A DNA stretch of 64,000 bases, taken from an uncultured Gammaproteobacteria bacterium (GTDB lineage Bacteria; Patescibacteriota; Microgenomatia; 2-02-FULL-39-11). The position numbers and the translations under genes are program-made. The notes beneath the pieces are model-generated. The model was given only the letters and a program-made list of their open reading frames with translations, did not search any database and was not told where the DNA came from. The stretch spans positions 70,567 through 134,566 of the forward strand of contig CAYGXQ010000001.1 in assembly GCA_964354025.1 (NCBI GenBank). The letters are read 5' to 3'. Shown here piece after piece: positions 50,034-59,788 of the stretch (its first letter is position 1; every line of letters starts with the position of its first letter).

Positions 50034-51476
50034 TTACGGAAACAGGAGGAGTTTGGTGCCTAAGAAAAGCAAGGCGGCGGAGGCGGCAAACAGGATGGTA
50101 GTAGGCCCGGTTGAGCCTGATCGGGGAGCGCCGACGGGCGGTGAGGTTGGTTGCGGTTGCAGAGTAGGCGCAATTACAGTCGGTTGAACCGCGGTCGGTT
50201 GAGGAGGGCTGGTGGGGGCCGGTGTAGCTGAAGGAACGGTCGGCGCGGTGGTTGGGATGGTTGTGGGAGACGGAAGGCAAACTGAAGGAGCACAGGTAAC
50301 GGTTATCAGTTCTCCCGATAAGGTGGCCTCGCCCAAGACGCTTTCCCCGCTTTTGAGAACATAAAAAGTTTTCTTGACAGTAACTAATTTCCCGGAAGAA
50401 TCATATGATTGGATAGTGACTTCATGCAAGCCCGGTTCAAGGTTTTTCGGCGGGGTCCAGGACCAGGTACCGTCTTTGGCGGTTTTTATTTTCCCCGTCT
50501 GCGGATCAGATTTAACCGTAATGAGAACCTGACTGCCCGGCCGGGCCACTCCCCGCAGTTTGGGTTTCTTATCCGGAGTATAATCACGGTCGTTTTGGGG
50601 GAAAAGGATATCGATCTCCGCGGGCTTTTCCGGTTTTTTCGTCATGGTGGGAAAAATGGTGACCGCGGTTTTCGCCCCCAAAATATTTTGATTGTTCAGT
50701 TTAGCCAGTTGGTCTTTTTTGGAAAGCAAATTGATAAAATTGTAAGAATTGCCGATGACCATGTCGGGAATTGCCAGGTTTTGTTTGATGGATTTCAGAT
50801 CAATGACGGCTGAAGAAACTCCATCAGAAGAATTTTTCACCGTTATTTGGATAAGATCACTGTCGGATAAATTCGGCCGTGAAAGAAGGTCTCCGGTTCG
50901 TAAATTATTAAAAGGGATAACCCAAAGCCCAAGTTTATCGGTTTTGCCGGACAAGATGGAATTATTGCTCACCGTCAAGTAGACGATAGCACCTTCTTGA
51001 GGTTTGCCGTTTTTATCTACGATGACGCCGTGAGTCGGCGGCAAGTCGAGCGTCGAAGACAATTTCGAAGCGGTTTTTTGGGAAAAAACCGGGCATGCCC
51101 GTTCTTCTTTACAGGAATTTGTCCCGCTGATGACTTTCACCGAATAGTTCGTGTCTTCGCTTAAATTTTTCACTGTTACATAATGAGTATTTCTTGGGCG
51201 CGGCAGATTGTCACTGTCGCCGTCATCCAAAAAGGTTAGCTTTTGCACGTCCGAAGAAACAACAACAGAACCGGTCGTTTCTTGGGCCGTCAGCCAGGAA
51301 ACGGTTAAGGAACTATCAGAGACATTGGTAAATTGGACATCCACCGGTACATTCGACGGATTAGCCATTGAGGTAAACGACTGGGGTCGGCGGTCCAAAT
51401 AAACACCAATGCCTAAGCCTCCGAGGATAAGGAAAAGGGCTATAATTGTCGGAATCTTTTTTTCTTTGCGGTACAT
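50034..51476 (-). CDS. FN3 and Ig-like domain surface protein
   Basis: TNVSD.S.TVSW.T, H.V...NL...T.Y; G.WSWTP; PRSG-TM tail. Confidence 0.8.
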   Translation of the reverse strand: MYRKEKKIPTIIALFLILGGLGIGVYLDRRPQSFTSMANPSNVPVDVQFTNVSDSSLTVSWLTAQETTGSVVVSSDVQKLTFLDDGDSDNLPRPRNTHYVTVKNLSEDTNYSVKVISGTNSCKEERACPVFSQKTASKLSSTLDLPPTHGVIVDKNGKPQEGAIVYLTVSNNSILSGKTDKLGLWVIPFNNLRTGDLLSRPNLSDSDLIQITVKNSSDGVSSAVIDLKSIKQNLAIPDMVIGNSYNFINLLSKKDQLAKLNNQNILGAKTAVTIFPTMTKKPEKPAEIDILFPQNDRDYTPDKKPKLRGVARPGSQVLITVKSDPQTGKIKTAKDGTWSWTPPKNLEPGLHEVTIQSYDSSGKLVTVKKTFYVLKSGESVLGEATLSGELITVTCAPSVCLPSPTTIPTTAPTVPSATPAPTSPPQPTAVQPTVIAPTLQPQPTSPPVGAPRSGSTGPTTILFAASAALLFLGTKLLLFP

Positions 51477-51665
51477 TTATTCCTCCCGTTTTTGTAGCTG
51501 TTTGATTATGTCATTATCAAAAGTGGGTGTCAACGGGACAACCTGTTTGAGTTGTATTTCAGTGACGGAAGTAGTTTTGCCGGCACCAAAGACGCTGAAA
51601 AAAATCCAGGCGATGACCGTCAGTAACATGATCAGGGCAATGATGGTAAATTCTCTACGGTTCAT
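51477..51665 (-). CDS. small membrane protein of the pil cluster
   Basis: TM plus PLTP.FD; overlaps the pilO-like gene. Confidence 0.6.
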   Translation of the reverse strand: MNRREFTIIALIMLLTVIAWIFFSVFGAGKTTSVTEIQLKQVVPLTPTFDNDIIKQLQKREE

Positions 51666-52275
51666 AGTAAGCGGTAGCCTTCAGGGCAATCCGCAAATTT
51701 TTATTATCAGTTCCGCCCTCACGGGTCATTTCCAATGAATTAATAGTGATTATCCTTTTCCAGTTGATAAGGTGTTGTACAAAAAAAGACATTGCCTGAT
51801 AATTGCCGGTTCCGATCAGGCTGAAACTGTATTTCTGGAGTTTGCCGGAAGGCGTGAGTTTAGAAATCGGGACATTATCAATCTGCAGCTGGTTGATGGA
51901 AAGTTCGGAAACCTGGGCAAAATTCTCAATCGCCTGTGCCAGCTTATGAAAAAGGGCGTTACCGGGAATCGCCAAATTAATCAAGGGGAGACTGTCTCTT
52001 ATCTGCTCGTATTCAGTTTGGGCCCGGATAATACCGCTGATTTTGTTTTCATATTCCAGGTCGATTTTTTTCAAATCGGAAACGCTTTTTATCAGTTTGA
52101 CCGCGGTTATGATCGTCGGGCGGATGGCGAAAAAGCCAAAAAATGAAAGCGTAAAAAGCGAGAGGGAAATAGTGAAATAAGAAACAGTCTTCTTGTTTTT
52201 GGTGATTTGCGGCAATTTTTTGTAAGCTTGTGTAAAAAGTGAACGGTTGATATTGAATAGCGGCATATTTATCAA
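51655..52275 (-). CDS. pilO: type IV pilus PilO-like protein
   Basis: TM, coiled coil, AIP, G.Y..F...L....RII.I.SL. Confidence 0.7.
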   Translation of the reverse strand: MINMPLFNINRSLFTQAYKKLPQITKNKKTVSYFTISLSLFTLSFFGFFAIRPTIITAVKLIKSVSDLKKIDLEYENKISGIIRAQTEYEQIRDSLPLINLAIPGNALFHKLAQAIENFAQVSELSINQLQIDNVPISKLTPSGKLQKYSFSLIGTGNYQAMSFFVQHLINWKRIITINSLEMTREGGTDNKNLRIALKATAYYEP

Positions 52276-52277
52276 AA

Positions 52278-52832
52278 TTATTGGAAAAATTTTTGATTAA
52301 TTTTGGCCTTTACTTTATATTCTATCTTACCGTCTGTCCGGCGTAAAATATCCTCAAGGGTGACCTCAGAAAACTTGTTCTCTTTCTGAAGCTGTTGAAG
52401 AAGGTAGCTGAAACTGCGAAGGTTTGAGGCAGTGGCTGCGAAAGTGATCCGGTCGCCTGAAAGTGAGACGGTGGTGTAGTAAGTGTCGACCGGCGTATTT
52501 TCCTGCAGGAAATGCAGAACCTTACTGTATAAGTTTTGGTTTTCGGAGGTTGTGCGGATATCCGCCAGTTTTCCCTGTACACGTCTGATATCCGTTTCCA
52601 GATCAGCCACTGATTCGACGATAGCCTGTTTTTGGCTGACTGATTCTTTCAAATCGGTATGATCGCGGTCCAGCTTAAAGCGGAGAAAAAAAACGATCAG
52701 GACAGTGATTTGGGTCAGAATGATAATATAACGGCCGTAAGTTAAGGCCCAGGCAAGAAACTGTTCGGAAAAAGAGGTCGGTGCTTCCCGGACGACGAGG
52801 TTGATATTGACTTTCGGTTTTTGGGCAGACAT
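52278..52832 (-). CDS. pilN: type IV pilus PilN-like protein
   Basis: INL N-terminus, TM, coiled coil, TP, F.EV.L. Confidence 0.7.
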   Translation of the reverse strand: MSAQKPKVNINLVVREAPTSFSEQFLAWALTYGRYIIILTQITVLIVFFLRFKLDRDHTDLKESVSQKQAIVESVADLETDIRRVQGKLADIRTTSENQNLYSKVLHFLQENTPVDTYYTTVSLSGDRITFAATASNLRSFSYLLQQLQKENKFSEVTLEDILRRTDGKIEYKVKAKINQKFFQ

Positions 52833-52916
52833 AAAGACAATTATAAATTACAAATTCTAAATTATAAATTAAATTAAAAATTCAATAATTAAGAATGAGA
52901 GAGATCTTTAACTAAA

Positions 52917-53183
52917 TTATACTACGGATTTCTTTTTTCGGGAGGTTTTCTTACCAACCAATTTTGCCAGCCGTGATTTCAGTCTGGCGACTTTATTCCG
53001 GTGAAAAATCTTTTTCTTGGCGGTTTCGTCCAGAAGGCTATAGATTTGGGAAAGGAGAGCCGTGGTAGGAGATTTACGGTATTTATTGATGATTTTCTTG
53101 ACTTCTTTTTTCACCAGCAGATTTTGGTTTTGTCTTTTTTTATCCTGGCGTAATTTTTTCCTGGCACCTCTAGTGATTGGCAT
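52917..53183 (-). CDS. rpsT: 30S ribosomal protein S20
   Basis: MPI...A.K.LRQ..KR..N, LD..AKK.I.H.NK.AR.KSRL. Confidence 0.93.
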   Translation of the reverse strand: MPITRGARKKLRQDKKRQNQNLLVKKEVKKIINKYRKSPTTALLSQIYSLLDETAKKKIFHRNKVARLKSRLAKLVGKKTSRKKKSVV

Positions 53184-53213
53184 ATACTTGGTAGTATACT
53201 AAAGAAGAGGCTT

Positions 53214-54881
53214 ATGGTCAAGCTATTTCGAAGTACGCTTTCACTTTTTACCCGCCAGCAAAAAAATATTTTTTCGGCGGCAACTGTCATCATGCTGACG
53301 GTTGCGCTGTCCCGCATCCTGGGTCTTTGGCGGGACAGGCTTCTGGCCGCCCGTTTTTCACCTTCGGATTTGGGTGTCTATTACGCCGCTTTCCGTTTGC
53401 CTAATATGATCTTCGAACTGTTGGTAATGGGAGCCTTAGCTGCCGCTTTTATCCCTGTTTTTACCAGCTATCTGGACACAAAGGGCAAAAAAGAAGCTTT
53501 CATGATGGCCTCGATTGTGATCAATATTGGTTCGGTCGTTTTTCTTATAATCTCTTTACCGTTGGTTATTTTCAGCCGGCAGGTTTCACAGGTATTGGCT
53601 CCCGGTTTTAACCAACAGCAGCTTGATCTGATGGCCGTTTTTTCCCAAATAATGATGCTGGCTCAGGTTTTTCCGCTCATTATCGGTAATTTTATTACCG
53701 GGATGCTGCAGTCTTTCCGCAATTTTTTTATTTCCTCACTGGCTCCGGTGGTCTACAATCTGGGTATTATTTTCGCCATCATTATTTTATCCCCGGCGAT
53801 TGGATTGTACGCGCCGGTAGTCGGCGTCGTTATCGGAGCTGTCCTTTTTGCCCTTGTCCAAATACCGACAATTGTCTCTTATGGCTACCGGCATAACTGG
53901 TTATTTGCCTATAAACACCCGGGAGCGCGGGAAATTGGAAAACTAATTCTACCGAGGACTTTGGGACTGGCGGTAACTCAGATAGATACGACGATTGACC
54001 TAATTCTTTCTTCATTGCTTGGAGCCGGGGCAGTCACGATTTTTAGTTTTGCCCAGCATCTGCAGCAATTGCCGATCGGTTTATTTGGCGTCAGCCTCGC
54101 CCAGGCAACTTTGCCTTCCCTTTCTTCGAATTTTGCCCAAAAAAATTGGCTGGAGTTTAAAAAGACTTTTATTTCCTCATTTCACCAGATTCTTTTTCTG
54201 GTTGTGCCGATGTCCGTCATTTTGATAGTCCTGCGGATACCGATTGTCAGGCTTGTTTTTGGCGCTTCAACTTTGTTTGACTGGGAGAGTACAGTGACTA
54301 CCGGTACGACTTTGGCCTATTTCAGCTTTTCTCTTTTTGCCCAAAGCCTGGTGCATCTTTTAGCCCGGTCTTTTTACGCCATGCATGATACAAAGACGCC
54401 GGTGATTGTGGGAGCTGTTTCTGTTTTGTTAAATTCGGTTTTATCGGTTTTAATGATTATTCATTTTCATCTTGGCGTCTGGTCGCTGGGTTTGACGGCG
54501 ACGGTGGCGAACCTTTTAAATATGTCGTTGCTTCTAATTTTCCTTGATAAGAAAATCGGCCATTTTAGTCGTAGAGAATTATTTTTGCCGGCCGGCAAGA
54601 TTTTTTTGTCCTCGGCTGTTTCCGGCCTGGCTCTTTATATCCCGCTTAAACTTTTTGACCAGCTGGTTTTTGACACCACCAGAACTATTAACCTAATCAT
54701 GCTTACCGGCGTGTCGACTTTTTTCGGCCTCTCGGTTTACCTTTTCCTGGTCTGGTTTTTGGAAGTGCCGCAAATCGGTCTTCTTCGTAAGTTATATAAA
54801 AAGATAAGGAAAGAACCGTATCAGGGAGTCTTGATCGATACCACCGCGGAGGCCGTCAACGTCCAGAAATCCGAGATTTGA
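53214..54881 (+). CDS. murJ: lipid II flippase MurJ
   Basis: SRILGL.RD, AFRLPN, QLPIG, R.FYA..DTKTP. Confidence 0.95.
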   Translation: MVKLFRSTLSLFTRQQKNIFSAATVIMLTVALSRILGLWRDRLLAARFSPSDLGVYYAAFRLPNMIFELLVMGALAAAFIPVFTSYLDTKGKKEAFMMASIVINIGSVVFLIISLPLVIFSRQVSQVLAPGFNQQQLDLMAVFSQIMMLAQVFPLIIGNFITGMLQSFRNFFISSLAPVVYNLGIIFAIIILSPAIGLYAPVVGVVIGAVLFALVQIPTIVSYGYRHNWLFAYKHPGAREIGKLILPRTLGLAVTQIDTTIDLILSSLLGAGAVTIFSFAQHLQQLPIGLFGVSLAQATLPSLSSNFAQKNWLEFKKTFISSFHQILFLVVPMSVILIVLRIPIVRLVFGASTLFDWESTVTTGTTLAYFSFSLFAQSLVHLLARSFYAMHDTKTPVIVGAVSVLLNSVLSVLMIIHFHLGVWSLGLTATVANLLNMSLLLIFLDKKIGHFSRRELFLPAGKIFLSSAVSGLALYIPLKLFDQLVFDTTRTINLIMLTGVSTFFGLSVYLFLVWFLEVPQIGLLRKLYKKIRKEPYQGVLIDTTAEAVNVQKSEI

Positions 54882-54891
54882 TATAGAGCGA

Positions 54892-56238
54892 TTATAACAA
54901 ATAATATGCCGGAATATACTTTATCATGATATTATCTGTCATTTTCTCTTTATAAATATCTCTGGTAACTAAAATCGCACTGTTTAACTTTTCCTGCCGG
55001 CAGAAATATAATAAATTTTTCAGGTCTTCCCGCCTGATCTGTTTCTGGTATTTTACTTCAATCGGGACTAATCCCTGATTTGTCTTCCAAATAAAATCTA
55101 TTTCCTGACCGGCACGTTTCCGCCAGAAATATACTTCTCCGCTTTGTTGGAATAAGTAATTAGCGACAAAACTTTCCGCCAATATACTTTCACTTGGAGC
55201 CCAGCTTGCCTCTTGTATTCCTGAGGCGGATTGCAGCGCCGATAAATTAACTGACGAGGGATAAATTTTTCTTTGCCGGACATTTCTGGTTCGAAATCCC
55301 ATTTTCCAGTTAAACAATTGTTTTACCAGCAAAGTTTTTTCCAACAAATCAATATAGTGCGACAGAGTATTTTTAGCCAGCTGCAAATCAGCAGACAAAT
55401 TTACCAGTTCTATCAGTTGTCCGGGTTTTTCTGTCAGTATCCGGGTCAAATTGACCAGTTCCGCTTCTCTGACCACCCGCAAATATTTGGGAATGTCCTG
55501 CTCCACCACTTTACCAATCACCCAGCTTCTTAAATACTCCTGCTTGTCTTTCCAGGCATCTAATTTTAGAAGATATGGAAATTCGCCCCAGGCTAAATAT
55601 TGTTTAAACAACTGTTCAATTTCCCATTCCGGTCTTTCAAAACTAATATTGGCAAATGGAGCAGTTTTGGTAAATTTTACCCCATGCTGTATACGTAAAA
55701 ACTCTCCAAAACCAAAAGGCCGCATGATAGTTTCTGATATCCTGCCGGCTAAACTTTCCCTGGCCTTGGTTTTAATAAATAGACTGGAAGAACCGCTGAT
55801 AATAAATTTAATTTGCGGATATAAATCGGTGAATTTTTTTAATATCGCGTTCCAATAGTCAACATACTGAATTTCATCGAAGAAAAAATAAAGCTTCCCT
55901 TTAGGATATTTATCTATCCGCATCTGGATAGTTTTTTCTAAAAATTTGGGTTCTTGGGCCAGCACAAACTCTTCGAAGGAAAAATAAAGGATTGTTTGTT
56001 TGTCTATGTCATGATGCAATAAATCAGCAATTACCTGTTTTATTAAGGTAGTTTTTCCTACCCGGCGCATTCCTATAATCGCGGTAATCAGATCTGACTC
56101 AGTAATTTTATTTTTCAGCATTTGATAAATTTCCCGCTTTGGTTTTTTTGCTTCTTCGATTTCCACCCCTTTATCCGCCCACCAGGGATTTTGCTTTATC
56201 AGTTCATTTGCGATTAATTTGTTATCAATATTGATCAT
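54892..56238 (-). CDS. AAA_14 ATPase with DUF4143 / PD-(D/E)XK C-terminus
   Basis: QNPWW, GMRRVGKT, DEIQ, SGSS, EIDF..PIEVK. Confidence 0.9.
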   Translation of the reverse strand: MINIDNKLIANELIKQNPWWADKGVEIEEAKKPKREIYQMLKNKITESDLITAIIGMRRVGKTTLIKQVIADLLHHDIDKQTILYFSFEEFVLAQEPKFLEKTIQMRIDKYPKGKLYFFFDEIQYVDYWNAILKKFTDLYPQIKFIISGSSSLFIKTKARESLAGRISETIMRPFGFGEFLRIQHGVKFTKTAPFANISFERPEWEIEQLFKQYLAWGEFPYLLKLDAWKDKQEYLRSWVIGKVVEQDIPKYLRVVREAELVNLTRILTEKPGQLIELVNLSADLQLAKNTLSHYIDLLEKTLLVKQLFNWKMGFRTRNVRQRKIYPSSVNLSALQSASGIQEASWAPSESILAESFVANYLFQQSGEVYFWRKRAGQEIDFIWKTNQGLVPIEVKYQKQIRREDLKNLLYFCRQEKLNSAILVTRDIYKEKMTDNIMIKYIPAYYLL

Positions 56239-56568
56239 AAATGTCACATTAACGATCAATATCGTATCATGATTAACCGTAAATGTCAAATTGAGGATAA
56301 AGAAAGAATTATTCAGTTTTTTATTAATGGATGCGGTCTTTATTGATTTGGGTTGTGATGACAAGATTTAAAGCTTGGGAATTTGTTGGTAATAGCGGAC
56401 TTTAGTCCGCGTCCTTCGGCTTCACTCAGGACAAGTTCAGCGCGCACTTAAAGTGCGCTATTCCAGAAACTGTGGCAAGCCAAATACGTGAATTCAAGGT
56501 GGAAGATCCCTCGACTTCTCCTTCGTCTCGCTTCGTTCGCTCAGGATTCGCTCGGAATGACGACTGCT

Positions 56569-58503
56569 TTATTTATCCACCCGGTTGTTGAAGGTTCTGG
56601 TGATGGTTTGCTCTCCTCCCAAGACTATTTTCAGATTATCGATAGCGGCATTAATCGGATAAAAACGGAGGATGATGCCGTTTCGGACATCAACCGCAGT
56701 TTCCAGTTTGGCGGCCGGCTGGTTATCCGCTGTTAACGACAAACCGTTGATACCCCAAGAAGCCAGTAGGTGATGCCAGGTTTCTCCTGTCCAATTATTG
56801 ATAGGGAGACTAACTCTATCTGTCAGGTTGTTGCCGCCCACCCCGAAAGTTAAAAAATCTCCGGTGTCTTTTTTCTCTTTGGCCAAAAAGAGCCGGTTAA
56901 TGACGGCGGAAGTGGTGGCGTAAGGGGCATCAAAAATCAGAAAAGTTTTATTCTCTCCGTTTTGCCAAAAAGGTTTGATATCAAAGCTGATTTCTCCGCT
57001 TGGACGCAGACGAAATTCCGGCGCACTTAAAATAAACGGAGCGTTATCAGCCAGAACCAGAGCCTGATCGGAAGCAGCGTTACTTCGTCCCGACACAAAT
57101 GAAGCGAGCGGGGCATTGGTTTCCAGTTCCAAAATCAAAATATTATTGGCGGAGATCGGAAATTCCTTAGTCAAATTTCCATTGGTAGCGATTAATTCAT
57201 AAGTACCGTTTGTCTGGCTTAAAGGATACAAATAATTTATTTTATAAGAAGAAGGCGGCAGGCCGGTAAAAGTGACCGGGACATTTTCCGTATTTTTTCC
57301 GTTCAGATCATAATTGGCAAGGACAACGGTAATTTTTTGCTCATTTTTGGAAGCTAGCCCACTGACATAAGTACCTGAGCCGGAAAGCCCAAGCTTTTGT
57401 CCGGAAAGCTTGCTAAGGGCCGAGTAGGCAAAAAAGCGCGGTTTAGGCGACATGGGCGGCGTATTTTTTTCATGGGTAAAAAGCCCCCAGCGGCCGCCTG
57501 ATGGTGGAGGGCCGTCTTTGACTTCAAAAGCAAAGGCCAGGTCAATATCATTGATAAACTGGGTAATCGCGAGTACGGTAAAAGAAGCCGCTGTTTCCGA
57601 ATTATTAATAGGCGTATTTTCCGAGTCAATGCCCCATTCGCTTAAAACAAGGGGCAGCTTGGCATATTTTGGGAAAGCGGCCAGATTTTTGCGGATATTT
57701 TGAGCATCCTGATCAAAAATTCCCGGCCGTTTGTGGTAACGGTGCCAGGAATAAAAATCCAGCCGGAGGTTATTTTGCACGGCGTAAGATAAAAATCCGT
57801 TTACCCAGTTGGGATAATACGAACCGACAGCCGGCCCGCCGAAGAAAAAGTTATTGGTTCCTTGCACTTCGGCAGCTGCGGTGGCCGCATGAAAATATAA
57901 GAGGCGGTAGTCTTTATCACCGCCGATTTTCCAACTGCCGAATTGGGGCAGTTCCGGTTCATTCCAAACCTCATAATAAACGCCGGTCAAATCTTTACCG
58001 GATTTACCGCTGTAGTGTTCAACAGTCGCCTTAACCAGATCCTTCCACCAGTTCCAGTTCGAAGGGACATCGATGACGTTGCCGGAAGCGGTGAAAACAT
58101 TCGGCATATAGGAGAGACTGAAGAAAGGTATTGCCCCGACAGCAATGATGTCGTTGACGGTTTCGTCAAGACGGGAAAAATCATATTCGAAACCGCTATC
58201 TTTCCGTTTGACAATGCCGTAATAATCGTAAATATGATCCAGACGGATGTATTTGGGAGAAATTTCCTTCAACTTCGATACAGCCGCCTTCAGCATCGGC
58301 GGCGGCTCTTCTCCGCCTTGAGAGTGTGAATTCCAAAGTAAAGGAAAGGGACCGAGCTGGTTTTGGGTATCGATGACGATATTGGCCGGTTGGGGAGCCG
58401 CTTTACTCAATAATTGCTGGACTTGTTCAGAGACGATAATCACCAGAGGTAGAGAAAGAAGAATCAGAAGCAGATAGAGCAGCTTGCGGTTCATTAATTT
58501 CAT
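56569..58503 (-). CDS. GH39-like glycoside hydrolase with C-terminal lectin/LamG-like domain
   Basis: YEVWNEP (acid/base), GGPA, DFYSWH.Y, LSEWG (nucleophile). Confidence 0.85.
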   Translation of the reverse strand: MKLMNRKLLYLLLILLSLPLVIIVSEQVQQLLSKAAPQPANIVIDTQNQLGPFPLLWNSHSQGGEEPPPMLKAAVSKLKEISPKYIRLDHIYDYYGIVKRKDSGFEYDFSRLDETVNDIIAVGAIPFFSLSYMPNVFTASGNVIDVPSNWNWWKDLVKATVEHYSGKSGKDLTGVYYEVWNEPELPQFGSWKIGGDKDYRLLYFHAATAAAEVQGTNNFFFGGPAVGSYYPNWVNGFLSYAVQNNLRLDFYSWHRYHKRPGIFDQDAQNIRKNLAAFPKYAKLPLVLSEWGIDSENTPINNSETAASFTVLAITQFINDIDLAFAFEVKDGPPPSGGRWGLFTHEKNTPPMSPKPRFFAYSALSKLSGQKLGLSGSGTYVSGLASKNEQKITVVLANYDLNGKNTENVPVTFTGLPPSSYKINYLYPLSQTNGTYELIATNGNLTKEFPISANNILILELETNAPLASFVSGRSNAASDQALVLADNAPFILSAPEFRLRPSGEISFDIKPFWQNGENKTFLIFDAPYATTSAVINRLFLAKEKKDTGDFLTFGVGGNNLTDRVSLPINNWTGETWHHLLASWGINGLSLTADNQPAAKLETAVDVRNGIILRFYPINAAIDNLKIVLGGEQTITRTFNNRVDK

Positions 58504-58524
58504 ACTAACAGATAAAGGACTCTC

Positions 58525-58561
58525 TTGACAAACATTAGCAGTCGTGGTATTTTAGTGCTAA
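58525..58561 (+). promoter_or_regulatory. sigma70 promoter overlapped by CIRCE, hrcA operon
   Basis: TTGACA at 58525; TTAGCAGTC-N9-TAGTGCTAA at 58535-58561. Confidence 0.9.
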
Positions 58562-58563
58562 TT

Positions 58564-59295
58564 ATGGCAGAATTAACCCAAAGACAACTGCAGATTCTAA
58601 AGGCAGTTGTGGATGAATATATTGAAACCGCCGAACCGGTAGCCTCAGAAACATTGGACAAGAAATACAATCTGGGTGTTTCACCGGCCACCATCAGGAA
58701 CGAGATGGTTAAGCTGACCAAGATAGGATATCTTAAACAACCGCATACCTCAGCCGGAAGGGTGCCGACGCCGGTAACTTTAAAACTATATATCGGCAAA
58801 CTCATGAAACCTAAGGATTTGTCTGTGGCTGAGGAAGTTTCCGTCAAACAGAATATCTGGGAACATCGGACCCAGATGGAGAAAATTTTGAAGGATGCGA
58901 CGCTGGCTTTATCCAAATACACGAAAACGATGTCTTTAGCCGCTACAGATGAAGGTGAAGTCTATACCTCAGGCGTTGGCAATATTTTGGAAATGCCGGA
59001 ATTTTACGACATTGATATCACCAAACATCTTTTGGACACGCTTGACCAGTATAATTTCTGGTGGAATGTTTTATCAAAATATACCGGTGAAGGAGACGCT
59101 TTGTCGGTTATCATGGGCGAAGAGCTGGGGAGCAGTTTTTTGTCTCCCTGCGGCGGGGTTTTTATCCATTTTTCTTCACCGTCTCATAGCGGTGCCATCG
59201 GTGTCGTCGGGCCGGCCAGGCTGAATTACCCGCGGGTCATCCCGATGGTACGTTATATCGGAAGTCTTATTAATGAAATTTCTTCAAACTGGTAA
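58564..59295 (+). CDS. hrcA: heat-inducible repressor HrcA
   Basis: RQ..IL..V..YI.TAEPV.S, SPATIRNEM, HTSAGRVPT. Confidence 0.95.
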   Translation: MAELTQRQLQILKAVVDEYIETAEPVASETLDKKYNLGVSPATIRNEMVKLTKIGYLKQPHTSAGRVPTPVTLKLYIGKLMKPKDLSVAEEVSVKQNIWEHRTQMEKILKDATLALSKYTKTMSLAATDEGEVYTSGVGNILEMPEFYDIDITKHLLDTLDQYNFWWNVLSKYTGEGDALSVIMGEELGSSFLSPCGGVFIHFSSPSHSGAIGVVGPARLNYPRVIPMVRYIGSLINEISSNW

Positions 59296-59300
59296 GGGAA

Positions 59301-59771
59301 ATGAATAAAAAAACTGACATTTGCCAGCGGTGTGAGAAACAACTTAAAGAACTTCAGGACGAAAATGAAGGATTAAAAAGTAAATATTTACGGGCCCTGG
59401 CTGATTACCAGAACCTGGAAAAAAGAGTCTTCAGTGCGCGTGAGGAAACCGCCAAATACGCCGCCGAGAAAATAATTAAGGAACTTCTGGCAGTTTTGGA
59501 TACGCTTGAAAAAGCTGATAAACATCTGAATGATCCGGGCTTGAGGTTGGGAGTACAGGATTTTTTAAGAGTACTGACAGAAAACGGAGTCAAAAAGATT
59601 GAGGTATTGCATAAAAAATTTGACCCGAATTTCATGGAGTGTGTGGAGATAGCTGAAAGTGACAAAGAAGACGAAGCTATTGAAGAAATCAGAGCAGGCT
59701 ATACGCTTTGGGATAAAGTCATCCGGGTTGTCCAGGTAAAAGTGGGAAAGAAAACGCAAGTTAAAAATTAA
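59301..59771 (+). CDS. grpE: nucleotide exchange factor GrpE
   Basis: [16 protein letters not shown]...VIR. Confidence 0.95.
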   Translation: MNKKTDICQRCEKQLKELQDENEGLKSKYLRALADYQNLEKRVFSAREETAKYAAEKIIKELLAVLDTLEKADKHLNDPGLRLGVQDFLRVLTENGVKKIEVLHKKFDPNFMECVEIAESDKEDEAIEEIRAGYTLWDKVIRVVQVKVGKKTQVKN

Positions 59772-59788
59772 ATAAGGAGGTAAATTAT

